NCBI GenBank assembly: GCA_001771285.1
Contig: METI01000187.1
Location: 1-58,170 of the forward strand
DNA: 58,170 bases
Source: a candidate division NC10 bacterium RIFCSPLOWO2_12_FULL_66_18
GTDB lineage: Bacteria > Methylomirabilota > Methylomirabilia > Methylomirabilales > 2-02-FULL-66-22
Reading direction: 5' to 3'
Below are positions 16,957-25,861 of the stretch, in pieces (position 1 is the first letter of the stretch; each line of letters begins with the position of its first letter). Position numbers and translations under genes: made by a program. Under the pieces are notes generated by a model, which saw only the letters and a program-made list of their open reading frames with translations, searched no databases and was not told the DNA's origin.

Positions 16957-18540
16957 TCAGATCTGCCCCGCCAGCCCCAGCGGCTCCGGCCGGAACAGCG
17001 CCGCCTCCATCGGACGCGCGTCCGGCGCCACCCGCAGGGGACAGCGCATCCGCGCCCGGATGTCCCGTTCCACGTCCACCCCCGGCGCGACCTCCACCAG
17101 GGTGAGCCCCTCGGCCGTCAGGCGGAACACCGCCCGCTCCGTCACGTAGACGACCTGCTGCCCCTTGGCGTGGGCCCGGGCGGCGTTGAAGGTGAGCTGC
17201 TCCACGCGCTCGACCAGCTTGGGGTGTTTCCCCTCGCGCAGGATCTTCAGCCGCCCGTCGGTCACCTCCACCTCGAGCCCGCCGGCCGTGAAGAAGGTGC
17301 AGAACACGATGCGCCGGGCCCGGTCCGTGATGTTGTGGAAACCGCCGCACCCCGTGATCTCCTCGCCGAACCGGCTGACGTTGTTGTTCCCGGCCCCGTC
17401 CAGTTGCCCGACGCCCAGGAACGTGATGTCGAGGCCGCCCCCGTCGTAGAAGTTGAATTGGAAGGTGGAGTCCATGATGGCGTCCGGGTTCAGCGCCACC
17501 ACAAAAGTCGTCCCGATGGCGCTGCCCATGAGGCCGCCGAAGATCCCGTGCTCGTTGGTGAAGGTCACCGCATCCAGGACCCCCTCTTCCAGGGCCACAA
17601 CCGGCAGCTCCGTGGCCAGCCCCGCGCCGAGGTTGACCACGTCCCCGCGCCGGAGTTCCCGGGCGGCCCGCCGCAGGATGACCTTGCGCCCGTCCAGGGG
17701 CAGCGGCGGGATGGTGTCCAGCGGAACGCGCGCGTCGCCGCAGAGGGCCGGGTTGTGGCCCTCCCGTCCGCCGGGCGTCGCCGGCGTCAACTGCGTCTGG
17801 TGCCGGTGCACCACCACCGCGTCCACCAGCGGCGCGGGGATCCTCACCAGACGGGGGTCCAGCGTCCCCCGCTTGGCCATCCGCTTGACCTGGGCGATCA
17901 CCGTGCCGCCGCTGTTCCTGGCCGCCATGGCGATGTCGGCCATGGCCAGCGTGTTGGGCTCCTCCTCCATGCTGATGTTGCCGTCCTGGTCCGCCGTGGT
18001 GCCGCGGACGATGGCGACATTCACGGGGAAGGTGGGATAGAACAGGTACTCCCGGCCCCGGATCGTCATCACCTCGGCCAGATTCTCCGTGGTCCGGTCA
18101 TTCAGGCGCCCGCCCTCGACCCGCGGGTCCACGAAGGTGTGCAGCCCGACCTGCGTGAGGACGCCCGGCTTGCCGGCCCCCACCGCCGTGAGCCACTGGA
18201 CCAGGGTGCCCATGGGCAGGTTGTACGCCTCGACGCGGTTCTCCAGGATCATGCGGATGAGCCGGGGGTGCCGCTTGGCCGTGTAGCTCCCGCCGATGAT
18301 CCGCCGGAGCATGCCCTCGTGTGCGAGGACGTTGAGGCCCCCCTCTCCCGGCCGATCGCTGGGGAGCATGGGGTTCACGTTGATCAGGTCCCGGGGCTCT
18401 CCCGTCTCCAGGAACCGCCGCTCCAGGGCGTGGAGGACCAGGTCCGGCTCCAGGACCGCGCCCGTCCCGCCGATGACCAGGGTCGCGCCGGTCGGGATGA
18501 GTCGAACCGCCTCGTCTGCGCTCAGGAATCGTGCGCTCAT
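16957..18540 (-). CDS. Family I acyl-CoA:acetate/3-ketoacid CoA-transferase (YdiF/Pct-like), copy 2
   Basis: 527 aa, a clear paralog of 4302-5879 (LETGEPRDL, VEAYNLPMGT, FTNEHGIFGG, YVTERAVFRL). Confidence 0.85.
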   Translation of the reverse strand: MSARFLSADEAVRLIPTGATLVIGGTGAVLEPDLVLHALERRFLETGEPRDLINVNPMLPSDRPGEGGLNVLAHEGMLRRIIGGSYTAKRHPRLIRMILENRVEAYNLPMGTLVQWLTAVGAGKPGVLTQVGLHTFVDPRVEGGRLNDRTTENLAEVMTIRGREYLFYPTFPVNVAIVRGTTADQDGNISMEEEPNTLAMADIAMAARNSGGTVIAQVKRMAKRGTLDPRLVRIPAPLVDAVVVHRHQTQLTPATPGGREGHNPALCGDARVPLDTIPPLPLDGRKVILRRAARELRRGDVVNLGAGLATELPVVALEEGVLDAVTFTNEHGIFGGLMGSAIGTTFVVALNPDAIMDSTFQFNFYDGGGLDITFLGVGQLDGAGNNNVSRFGEEITGCGGFHNITDRARRIVFCTFFTAGGLEVEVTDGRLKILREGKHPKLVERVEQLTFNAARAHAKGQQVVYVTERAVFRLTAEGLTLVEVAPGVDVERDIRARMRCPLRVAPDARPMEAALFRPEPLGLAGQI

Positions 18541-18564
18541 CGCTGTGTGGAGTCTCCCCAGACC

Positions 18565-19329
18565 TCAGGCGCCGTCGCGAACTCCCTTCATCACATCCCG
18601 GAAGGCCGCGCCGATCACCGAGGTGCTGCTGAAGGTGAGGAACCGGACGCCCCGCGCCATCAGGCTCTTCGCCCCCGCCGCGTCCCGGACGAAGTACCCG
18701 ACCTCACGTCGCGCCGCCTCGGCCGCCTTGAAGATGCGGGTCACCGCCTCCTGGACGGCCGGATGGTCCGCCTGGCCCGGGTACCCCATGGAGATAGAGA
18801 GGTCGGCGGGTCCCACGAAGAGGACGTCCACCCCGGGCACGGCGGCGATGGCCTCGGCCGCGGGGACGGCCGCCCTGTCCTCGATCTGGACGGCCACCAG
18901 GATCTCCCGGTTGGACCGCGCGATGTGCTCGGCCACGCTTCGGAAGCCGTGCCGGCCCGCCCGGGCCGTGGTGGCCAGACCCCGGATCCCCTCCGGGGGA
19001 TACTTGCAGGCCGCCACGGCCGCCTGGGCATCGGCCACCGACAGGACGTGCGGGACCAGGACCCCCAGCGCCCCCGCATCCAGGGCCCGGAGAATGAGGG
19101 CCCGGTCATTCATCGTCACGCGGACGATGGGGGTCGTTCCGGCCGTCTCGGCCGCCCGCACCAAGTGCTCCAGGCCCTCCGGGCCGGCCGCGCCGTGCTC
19201 CGTGTCCAGGATCACGAAATCGAAGCCGGCGTGGCCCGACATCTCGACCAGGGCCGGGGAGGGAACCATGACGAACATCCCGAGGGCCGCCCGCCCCTCG
19301 GCGAACGCCTGCTTGATCCGGTTTTCCAT
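18565..19329 (-). CDS. HpcH/HpaI-family class II (pyruvate-specific) aldolase, full length
   Basis: GFDFVILDTEHG...PIVRVTMND...LDAGALGVLVPHV...VQIEDRAAV...FVGPADLS. Confidence 0.85.
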   Translation of the reverse strand: MENRIKQAFAEGRAALGMFVMVPSPALVEMSGHAGFDFVILDTEHGAAGPEGLEHLVRAAETAGTTPIVRVTMNDRALILRALDAGALGVLVPHVLSVADAQAAVAACKYPPEGIRGLATTARAGRHGFRSVAEHIARSNREILVAVQIEDRAAVPAAEAIAAVPGVDVLFVGPADLSISMGYPGQADHPAVQEAVTRIFKAAEAARREVGYFVRDAAGAKSLMARGVRFLTFSSTSVIGAAFRDVMKGVRDGA

Positions 19330-19379
19330 ACTGCTCCTTTCGGGTTCCTAGGCGTTGGCGAAGAGCGCCGTCAGATGCC

Positions 19380-20030
19380 TCAGGCCAAGCCCTGCTGGGC
19401 CTCGGTGAGAAAGTTCCGTCCCGTTCGCATCAGCCAGCCGGCTGTGCCGATCAACACGATGTCCGCGCCACGCTCCAGGCATCGCCGCGCCCCGGCCACG
19501 TCCATCGCGTTCAGGGCGACCCATTTGCCATTCGCCTTGGCCCGGGTGATGACGCGACTAATGGCGTCCTGCACGGCCGGGGCCGCGGTATCGCCCCGGA
19601 ATCCCAGAGACTGGGAGAGATCGGCCGGCCCGAGGACGATGGCATCCACCCCCTCGGTGGAAGCGATGGCATCGACCTGTTCGACCGCCCGGGCAGTCTC
19701 GATCATTGCGAAGAACAGCACCTCCCGGTTGGCGAGGTCCATGTAGACTGGCACGGGTGTATCTACCCCGTACCCGGCAGCTCGGGTGCTGGCAGCCAGC
19801 CCGCGTTTCCCCTGGGGAGCATACCGGATGGCGGCGACCGCAGCCTCCGCCTCGGCGGCGGACTCGATGTGGGGCACCTGGATTCCCGTGGCGCCGACAT
19901 CCAGGAAGACGAAGTCGAAGCCGATGAGGCCGCAGATGTCCACAAACCAGGAAGAGTTGAAATTGAGGATGGGGCCGAACAACCGCGCTTCCTGGCTCAG
20001 GCGCTGCCGGAGCCGGTGGGGTCCAATCAT
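19380..20030 (-). CDS. HpcH/HpaI-family paralog with an in-frame ~38-aa deletion of the catalytic core (possibly non-catalytic or decaying)
   Basis: Aligns with 18565-19329, except that GFDFVFLD is joined directly to VGATGIQVPHI. The TEHG...VRV...LD segment is absent. Confidence 0.7.
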   Translation of the reverse strand: MIGPHRLRQRLSQEARLFGPILNFNSSWFVDICGLIGFDFVFLDVGATGIQVPHIESAAEAEAAVAAIRYAPQGKRGLAASTRAAGYGVDTPVPVYMDLANREVLFFAMIETARAVEQVDAIASTEGVDAIVLGPADLSQSLGFRGDTAAPAVQDAISRVITRAKANGKWVALNAMDVAGARRCLERGADIVLIGTAGWLMRTGRNFLTEAQQGLA

Positions 20031-20359
20031 GGCATGGCTCCCTGAAATATGGTGTCCGGCCCGCTGGGCAGACCGGCGATTACTTCAACTTCCACTCCAA
20101 ACTCTCGGCCGAGCCGCCCAACCTGGATGCAGGTTCGAGCCGGGGGATTCACCGAGAAATAGGCCTTCCAAATTTTGTTGAATCCCGCATAGTCGTCCAT
20201 ATTCCGAAGATAGCATGTCGCCTTCAGCACATTCCGCAAGGAGGTTCCCGCCGCCTCCAGAATGGCCTCAAGACTGCTCAGAACCTGCCGGGTCTCGGCC
20301 TCGATTCCCCCGGTAACCACCTCGCCGGTCGCAGGGTCCCGCGCCACTATCCCGGGCAC
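20027..20359 (-). CDS. ridA: RidA/YjgF/L-PSP family protein; annotated start is GTG 20359, but homology continues upstream
   Basis: DPATGEVV...ETRQVLSSLEAILEAAG...NPPARTCIQV. The upstream in-frame codons read RIASTGDQTAYSLSRAC (RidA-like), with no ATG/GTG/TTG/CTG before the stop at 20447-20449. Confidence 0.7.
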   Translation of the reverse strand: MPGIVARDPATGEVVTGGIEAETRQVLSSLEAILEAAGTSLRNVLKATCYLRNMDDYAGFNKIWKAYFSVNPPARTCIQVGRLGREFGVEVEVIAGLPSGPDTIFQGAMP

Positions 20360-20408
20360 GCAGGCGCGGGATAACGAGTATGCCGTTTGGTCGCCGGTCG
20401 ACGCGATT

Positions 20409-20780
20409 CTACTTGACCCGCTTCCAGCTTCGCCTGGCCTCCACCACTAGCGGCGGGTCGGATGCAACGGTGAAGCAGCGGACTTTGTCCTCAGGTGCAC
20501 TGATTTGATGAGGTTCGTTTGACGCGATCGCCAGCACCGTTTCGGGCCCCACGGTTCGTTCTTCGTCGCCCACGCGCACGAGAGGGTGTCCCTCGAGGAT
20601 GATGTAGATCTCTTCGGCCGGATGCGATGCGACGTGCGTCTTCTGACCGGGCTCGAGCTCCAGCATCACCGCCGTCAGCTTGCGCATGTTGGTCCGTTCT
20701 GCATCCACGAGAAAACGCAGGACGCGTGTTAGTTCGCCCGGGGCTTCGTACCCCTCGACTTCGCTGATATGGACTATCAA
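20409..20780 (-). CDS. Cupin-domain protein, copy 1
   Basis: 123 aa, LEPGQKTHVASHPAEEIYIILEG...SNEPHQI. Paralog of 29100-29480. TTG start preceded by AAAGGAG. Confidence 0.75.
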   Translation of the reverse strand: MIVHISEVEGYEAPGELTRVLRFLVDAERTNMRKLTAVMLELEPGQKTHVASHPAEEIYIILEGHPLVRVGDEERTVGPETVLAIASNEPHQISAPEDKVRCFTVASDPPLVVEARRSWKRVK

Positions 20781-20815
20781 TGACGTACTCCTTTCTCGGG
20801 TCGGTTGCCGGCTGG

Positions 20816-22096
20816 CTATCTGGCGCCCATCAGGGCGTTGGGCAGGAATGTCACCAGGCCGGTCCAGTAGGTGACCATCAGCAGCACCACGACGAGCGCC
20901 ACTATAAACGGCCAGACTTCCATTGAGAAGTCCCAGATCGAGATCTTGGCGATTGTGGACGTTATATACATACTCATCCCGACGGGCGGCGTAATCATAC
21001 CGATCATCAGATTGAGCACCATCATCACGCCAAAGTGGACCGGATCGAAATGGTAGCGCTGAATCAAGGGCATGAAAACGGGAATCGTGATGATCATTAT
21101 CGGCACCGGATCCATCAGACAGCCGAGGAAGAGCAGTATCAGGTTGATAATCAACAGCACCAGCCGGGGATCGTCCGTCATGACGGTGAAAAAAGACACT
21201 ATCGCCTGCGGCATCTGCATCAGGGCGGCTATCCAGCCTGTAACCGATGATGCGGCGACGATCAGCATCACGATGCCGCTCGTGACTATGGTCTCAGTTC
21301 CTGCGGATCGGAGTCCGGACCAATCCAGCTCGCGATACCCTAACCCGAGTAGCAGGGCGTACACGGACGCGACCACGGCGGCCTCGGTGGGGGTGAAGAC
21401 GCCGACGAGGATGCCGCCCAACACGATTATTGGTGCGACCATCGCCAGAATGGCGTCGACGCCACTTTCGAGAACGCGCCTCCAACTGAAGTCGGCCCCT
21501 TTTCCGTATCCCCGCCGTTTCGCAATCAGGTAGCAGACGAGCATGAGGTACAGGCCCATCAAGACGCCGGGAACGACGCCGCCGATGAATAGCCGGCCGG
21601 TCGAAACACCCGTAAGGCTTCCGAAGATCACCATGGCGATGCTCGGCGGGATGATGGGTCCAATGGTTGACGCAGCGGCGGTCACCGCGGCCGCGAACCT
21701 AGGTGAGTAGCCGGCGCGGACCATCCAGGGGATCAGGATCGAACCGGTGGCGGTGGCGTCGGCCACGGCAGAGCCGGACATTCCGGCCATGATCATGTTG
21801 GCGATGACCGTCGTATGGCCCAGGCCCCCCGTCAGGTGGCCCACCAGAGCGCTGGAAAAGGCGACTAACCGCCGCGTGACGCCTCCGTAGTTCATGAGGG
21901 AGCCAGCGAGGACGAAGAACGGCACCGCTAGGAGCGGGAACGAATCGATTCCGTTCAGCATTCTGGTGGGAATGGTGGTGAGCGGTATCCCCCCTTGAAT
22001 CAGCATGAACAGCAGCGAAGCGAGGCCCATCGCGAACGCGACCGGCATTCCGACGGCAAGGAGCAGCAGTCCGATAATCAGGAGTGCGGATCCCAT
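20816..22096 (-). CDS. dctM: TRAP transporter large permease (TRAP-2)
   Basis: Start re-set to ATG 22096 (MGSALLIIGLLLL). DctM blocks are present. Visibly lower GC than the other DctM genes. Confidence 0.9.
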   Translation of the reverse strand: MGSALLIIGLLLLAVGMPVAFAMGLASLLFMLIQGGIPLTTIPTRMLNGIDSFPLLAVPFFVLAGSLMNYGGVTRRLVAFSSALVGHLTGGLGHTTVIANMIMAGMSGSAVADATATGSILIPWMVRAGYSPRFAAAVTAAASTIGPIIPPSIAMVIFGSLTGVSTGRLFIGGVVPGVLMGLYLMLVCYLIAKRRGYGKGADFSWRRVLESGVDAILAMVAPIIVLGGILVGVFTPTEAAVVASVYALLLGLGYRELDWSGLRSAGTETIVTSGIVMLIVAASSVTGWIAALMQMPQAIVSFFTVMTDDPRLVLLIINLILLFLGCLMDPVPIMIITIPVFMPLIQRYHFDPVHFGVMMVLNLMIGMITPPVGMSMYITSTIAKISIWDFSMEVWPFIVALVVVLLMVTYWTGLVTFLPNALMGAR

Positions 22097-22614
22097 TGCT
22101 CCTCCCGCCGTCGCATGAAGATGGCACGGGCAGCGTGCACGAGCATGAGAGCCGCGCTCACGGGCAGCGACACGTACACGTAGCTCATCGGCAGTCCGAG
22201 GCTGGGCGAGGTCTGTACCCACGTCTGGCGTGTCACGAACCACCCCTGCGCCAGGAGCACCGCCAGGAAGAAGATGACGCCGGCCTCGACGGCGATGGTG
22301 ATGACTGTCCGCACTCGTTCCGGCAGCCCGTCGACGGCGAAGCCGATGCGAATGTGCGACGCTCGCCTGCTGACAACTGTCGCACCGAGAAACGACATCC
22401 AAATGAACAGAAAGCGCGAGGTCTCATCCACCCAGGCGAAGGACTGCGTGAATAGCCCCAGATAGCGGATCACCACAGTGCCGAACAGTGTGGCCGTCAA
22501 CACCGCGATCATAGATAGCCCCGCGATCTGAGCCGCGAGGTCGAGGACGCGGGAGGCTAGATCCAACCCGCGTCCTACCGCGGCGATCAGACTGGTGTTC
22601 CTCGCACCTGTCAT
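22078..22614 (-). CDS. dctQ: TRAP transporter small permease (TRAP-2)
   Basis: DctQ-like (WVDETSRFLFIWMSFLGATVVSRRASHI). I chose ATG 22614; GTG 22632 is possible. Confidence 0.8.
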   Translation of the reverse strand: MTGARNTSLIAAVGRGLDLASRVLDLAAQIAGLSMIAVLTATLFGTVVIRYLGLFTQSFAWVDETSRFLFIWMSFLGATVVSRRASHIRIGFAVDGLPERVRTVITIAVEAGVIFFLAVLLAQGWFVTRQTWVQTSPSLGLPMSYVYVSLPVSAALMLVHAARAIFMRRREEQWDPHS

Positions 22615-22635
22615 CGTTGCATCCCGCCGCACGCT

Positions 22636-23655
22636 CTAAGCGGCGCCCCGGATCGTGGCAAGAAGAGGCGGCGGTGCGAACTCCTTGAGAGTCTCGTAAA
22701 CCGAGGCCGTGGCCGCACGGAAGGGTGCCTGGTCGGGAGTATTCACAACCATCCCCTTGCTCTTGAGGAACTCCAGTGCCTTGGTCTCGTTCGCCTTCAC
22801 GAAGGCGCGATTCGCCTTCGTTGCCTCTGCACCTGCCGCTACGAGCGCCTTCTGGATATCGGCGGGCAACTGGGAGTAGAAGTTCTCGCCCACCACGGAG
22901 GGGTTGGTTCCCACCACGTGGCCGGTGAGCGATAGGTACTTCTGCACCTCCTGGAAGTTGGCCGACTGAATCGTAGTGGTCGGGTTGTCCTGGCCGTCAA
23001 CCACACCTTGCTGAAGGGCGGAGTACAGCTCAGAGAAGTCCATCGACACGACCGTCGCGCCCAGGGCCTTGAACAACTCGACGAAGGTCTTGGAGGGCAC
23101 CACGCGCATCTTCAAGCCTCGCAGATCTGCCGGCTTCTCGATGGGGCGTTTGTTGTTGGTGATGTGCCGGATCCCGATGTCAGCCCAGCCCAGGATGCGG
23201 AAGCCCTTCTCCTGATAGAGCTTGCTGATCTCCTGCGAGGCGGGACCATCCTGAAACTTATACATGTGGTCGAGCCCGTTGAAGAGGTAGGGCATGTCCA
23301 TGATGTTGGCTGCAGGCACCCACTGGCTCCAGAGCGAATTGCCCGTATTCATCATCTCGATGGTGCCCGCCAGGATCTGGCCCGCCACCTCGGGATCCTT
23401 CCCCAGTTGCGCGCTCGGGAATATCTGAACTTTGACGGCCCCGTTGGTGGTCATCTCCACGACTTCCGCGAACTTGGTTCCCCAAATGTGGGACGGATGT
23501 GTCAACGAAGCCGTGTGGGCGTAACGGATCGTGATCGCTTTCCCAGGTGCGGCGGCGGACGCCGGTGCCAATTCCCCGAGGACGACCCCCGCAGCGCCAG
23601 CAGTCAGGAGCCCAAGTAAGTCTCGCCGAGACAATCGGGTGTCTAGAGTGCTCAT
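22636..23655 (-). CDS. dctP: TRAP transporter substrate-binding protein with a Tat-type signal (TRAP-2)
   Basis: MSTLDTRLSRRDLLGLL twin-arginine leader. ATG 23655 is preceded by GGGGGAAG. DctP blocks are present (MDMPYLFNG, GLKMRVVPS). Confidence 0.9.
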   Translation of the reverse strand: MSTLDTRLSRRDLLGLLTAGAAGVVLGELAPASAAAPGKAITIRYAHTASLTHPSHIWGTKFAEVVEMTTNGAVKVQIFPSAQLGKDPEVAGQILAGTIEMMNTGNSLWSQWVPAANIMDMPYLFNGLDHMYKFQDGPASQEISKLYQEKGFRILGWADIGIRHITNNKRPIEKPADLRGLKMRVVPSKTFVELFKALGATVVSMDFSELYSALQQGVVDGQDNPTTTIQSANFQEVQKYLSLTGHVVGTNPSVVGENFYSQLPADIQKALVAAGAEATKANRAFVKANETKALEFLKSKGMVVNTPDQAPFRAATASVYETLKEFAPPPLLATIRGAA

Positions 23656-23740
23656 TCCTACTTCCCCCTTTCTCATCGCCAACGGCTACCCCGGGCGACC
23701 GGACATCAACATCGACAGCTCACAGCAAGCGCCTTCGGAT

Positions 23741-25861
23741 TCAAGAATCTATGCCCGAGCCACCTCCTTTCGTACTGATGACGATGTTACCCATATTGTC
23801 CAGGTGCGCCGCGCAACCAGGTGGGATCACTATGGTCGAGTCGTACTCTTCGACGATCAGGGGGCCAGCGCGCCAGACGGAGCCAACCCCAACGCGGTCG
23901 GTGATCGGCGTCTCGTGCAGTCCGGCCGGTCCGAAGAAGGCCATCCGCGTGTGCAGCGTTCCGGCCGGATGCTCGACGTGACCATCACTTCTACCCGTGG
24001 CTCCGACGGCCAGCCGCGGGGGCACAGCCTTCGCCAACACTCGAAGATTGACGACCTCGATCTGCCCCCGCTCGTCCTTGTAGCTGTAGGTACGCTCGTG
24101 TTCAGTCTCAAATGCCGCCGCGATAACCCGCACGGAGTCGAGGTCGAGCCGGGCCGGCACCGCGGTCAGCAGCTCATACGATTGCTTGACGTACCGAAGG
24201 TCGGCGAAGCGAGTGAGCGTCGAGACGACATAGCCATCTCGCTCCAGGGTGGCTGCCGCTTGCTCTTCAAGCTCACGATACACCTGCTCCATATCGGCCA
24301 ACGCGCTCGCCTCCAGCAGTGTACGGTGGGTTCGGGTGGTATGGCTCTCCACGTTGGTCATCAGGAGGCCGAAAGCGCTGAAGAGCCCTGGCGCAGGCGG
24401 CACGACCACCCGGGGAATCTCCAGCGACCGCGCCATCTCGGCGGCGTGAACCGGTCCGCTTCCACCGAAAGCCACCAGCGTGAACTGTCGTGGGTCCCGA
24501 CCCCGCTCCGTGCTGACGGCTTTGATGGCGCGAATCATCCTCACGTTCGCCACCGTATGCACGCCGTAACACGCCTCCAGCAGGCTCATGCCGAGCGGTG
24601 CCGCCACCTCTGCCTCCAGGACCCTTGCCGCCGCGGCGGCGTCCAGAGGGACTGTGCCTCCGGCCACCCCGGTGGGATTGATGTAGCCGAGCGTGACGTT
24701 GGCATCGGTGATGGTTGGGGCCGTTCCGCCGCGCTGGTAGCAGACCGGCCCGGGGACCGCCCCGGCGCTCTCAGGGCCCACCTGCAATGCCCCGCCCTTG
24801 TCGATCGACACGATGCTCCCGCCACCTGCCCCGACCTCCGCCAGATCGATGGCGGGGACGCGCAGCAGGTAGCCACCGCCGCTCTGAAGTCGGGCTCCAA
24901 TCGAGATGCCGGCCCCGACCTGGTACTCGTGGGCGAGGCTGGGCTGTCCGTTCTCGATGATCGACGTCTTGGCCGTCGTCCCCCCCATGTCGAAGGCGAT
25001 GACGTCGCCGAGGCCCATCTCGCGGGCGAATTGAGCGCTGCCGATCACGCCGGCCGCAGGTCCCGACTCGACTATGTGGATCGGGTGCTGCGCGGCCTCT
25101 CTCGCCGGCATGACGCCGCCGCTCGATCGCATCACGAGGACGGGGGCCGTCACGCCGATGGCCCGAAGCCGCCCGAGCAGTTGGTCCAGGTACGACTCGA
25201 CGGTGGGCCGGATGTAAGCGTTGATGACCGTCGTGCTCGTGCGCTCGTACTCTTTGATCTCCGGGAGCACATCCGACGAGATCGATATTGGAACGTGGGG
25301 AAAGGCCTGCGCGAGCATCGCGGCGACCTGCTGCTCGTGCGCCGGGTTCTGGTAGGCATGCAGGAAACACACCGCGATCGATTGGATCCCCTCGGCCGCG
25401 AAGCGCTGCACCGCCGCGCGCACGTCGTCATGCCGCACCGGGACCACTTCAGTCCCCTCCGCGTCCAGCCGCTCCTCCACCTCTAGGCGCAGGCCGCGCT
25501 GGACGAGAGGCACGGGCTTCTCCCAGAATAGGTCGTAAAGGACGGGCCGGCGCATCCGGCCCAACTCCAGCACATCGCGGAACCCGCGAGTCGTTAGGAG
25601 GCCGGTCAGCGCACCGCGTCGCTCCAGGATAGCGTTGGTCGCGACGGTGGTCCCATGCAGCACCTCTCCGATGCTGCCGGCCGCGACGTCTGTCTCCGCA
25701 AAAACGTCGCTCAAGCCATCGGCAATAGCCCGGCTATAGTCCCCAGTGGTGGATAGCACCTTCTTCGTGTGAATGCGCCCGTCAGGGCGGAACACGACGA
25801 TGTCCGTGAAGGTTCCGCCGATGTCTACCCCGACCCGCACTCTGTCCTCGAGCGCCGTCAT
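23741..25861 (-). CDS. hyuA: Hydantoinase A / oxoprolinase / acetone-carboxylase beta family protein, module 1
   Basis: MTALEDRVRVGVDIGGTFTDIVVF... and later DMGGTTAKTS. The ATG 25861 overlaps the hyuB stop (ATGA). The track ORF is over-extended to 26620. Confidence 0.9.
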   Translation of the reverse strand: MTALEDRVRVGVDIGGTFTDIVVFRPDGRIHTKKVLSTTGDYSRAIADGLSDVFAETDVAAGSIGEVLHGTTVATNAILERRGALTGLLTTRGFRDVLELGRMRRPVLYDLFWEKPVPLVQRGLRLEVEERLDAEGTEVVPVRHDDVRAAVQRFAAEGIQSIAVCFLHAYQNPAHEQQVAAMLAQAFPHVPISISSDVLPEIKEYERTSTTVINAYIRPTVESYLDQLLGRLRAIGVTAPVLVMRSSGGVMPAREAAQHPIHIVESGPAAGVIGSAQFAREMGLGDVIAFDMGGTTAKTSIIENGQPSLAHEYQVGAGISIGARLQSGGGYLLRVPAIDLAEVGAGGGSIVSIDKGGALQVGPESAGAVPGPVCYQRGGTAPTITDANVTLGYINPTGVAGGTVPLDAAAAARVLEAEVAAPLGMSLLEACYGVHTVANVRMIRAIKAVSTERGRDPRQFTLVAFGGSGPVHAAEMARSLEIPRVVVPPAPGLFSAFGLLMTNVESHTTRTHRTLLEASALADMEQVYRELEEQAAATLERDGYVVSTLTRFADLRYVKQSYELLTAVPARLDLDSVRVIAAAFETEHERTYSYKDERGQIEVVNLRVLAKAVPPRLAVGATGRSDGHVEHPAGTLHTRMAFFGPAGLHETPITDRVGVGSVWRAGPLIVEEYDSTIVIPPGCAAHLDNMGNIVISTKGGGSGIDS

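Noticed and set aside
15883-19746. A 1287-aa plus-strand ORF. Similar giants occur at 11740-14670, 9510-11471, 23531-25486, 29492-31243, 42432-44591 and 50021-52285.
   Set aside because: All of them lie antisense to strongly recognisable minus-strand genes. Their translations are Arg/Pro/Gly/His/Asp-rich low complexity with no family motifs. Long stop-free antisense frames are expected at this GC content.
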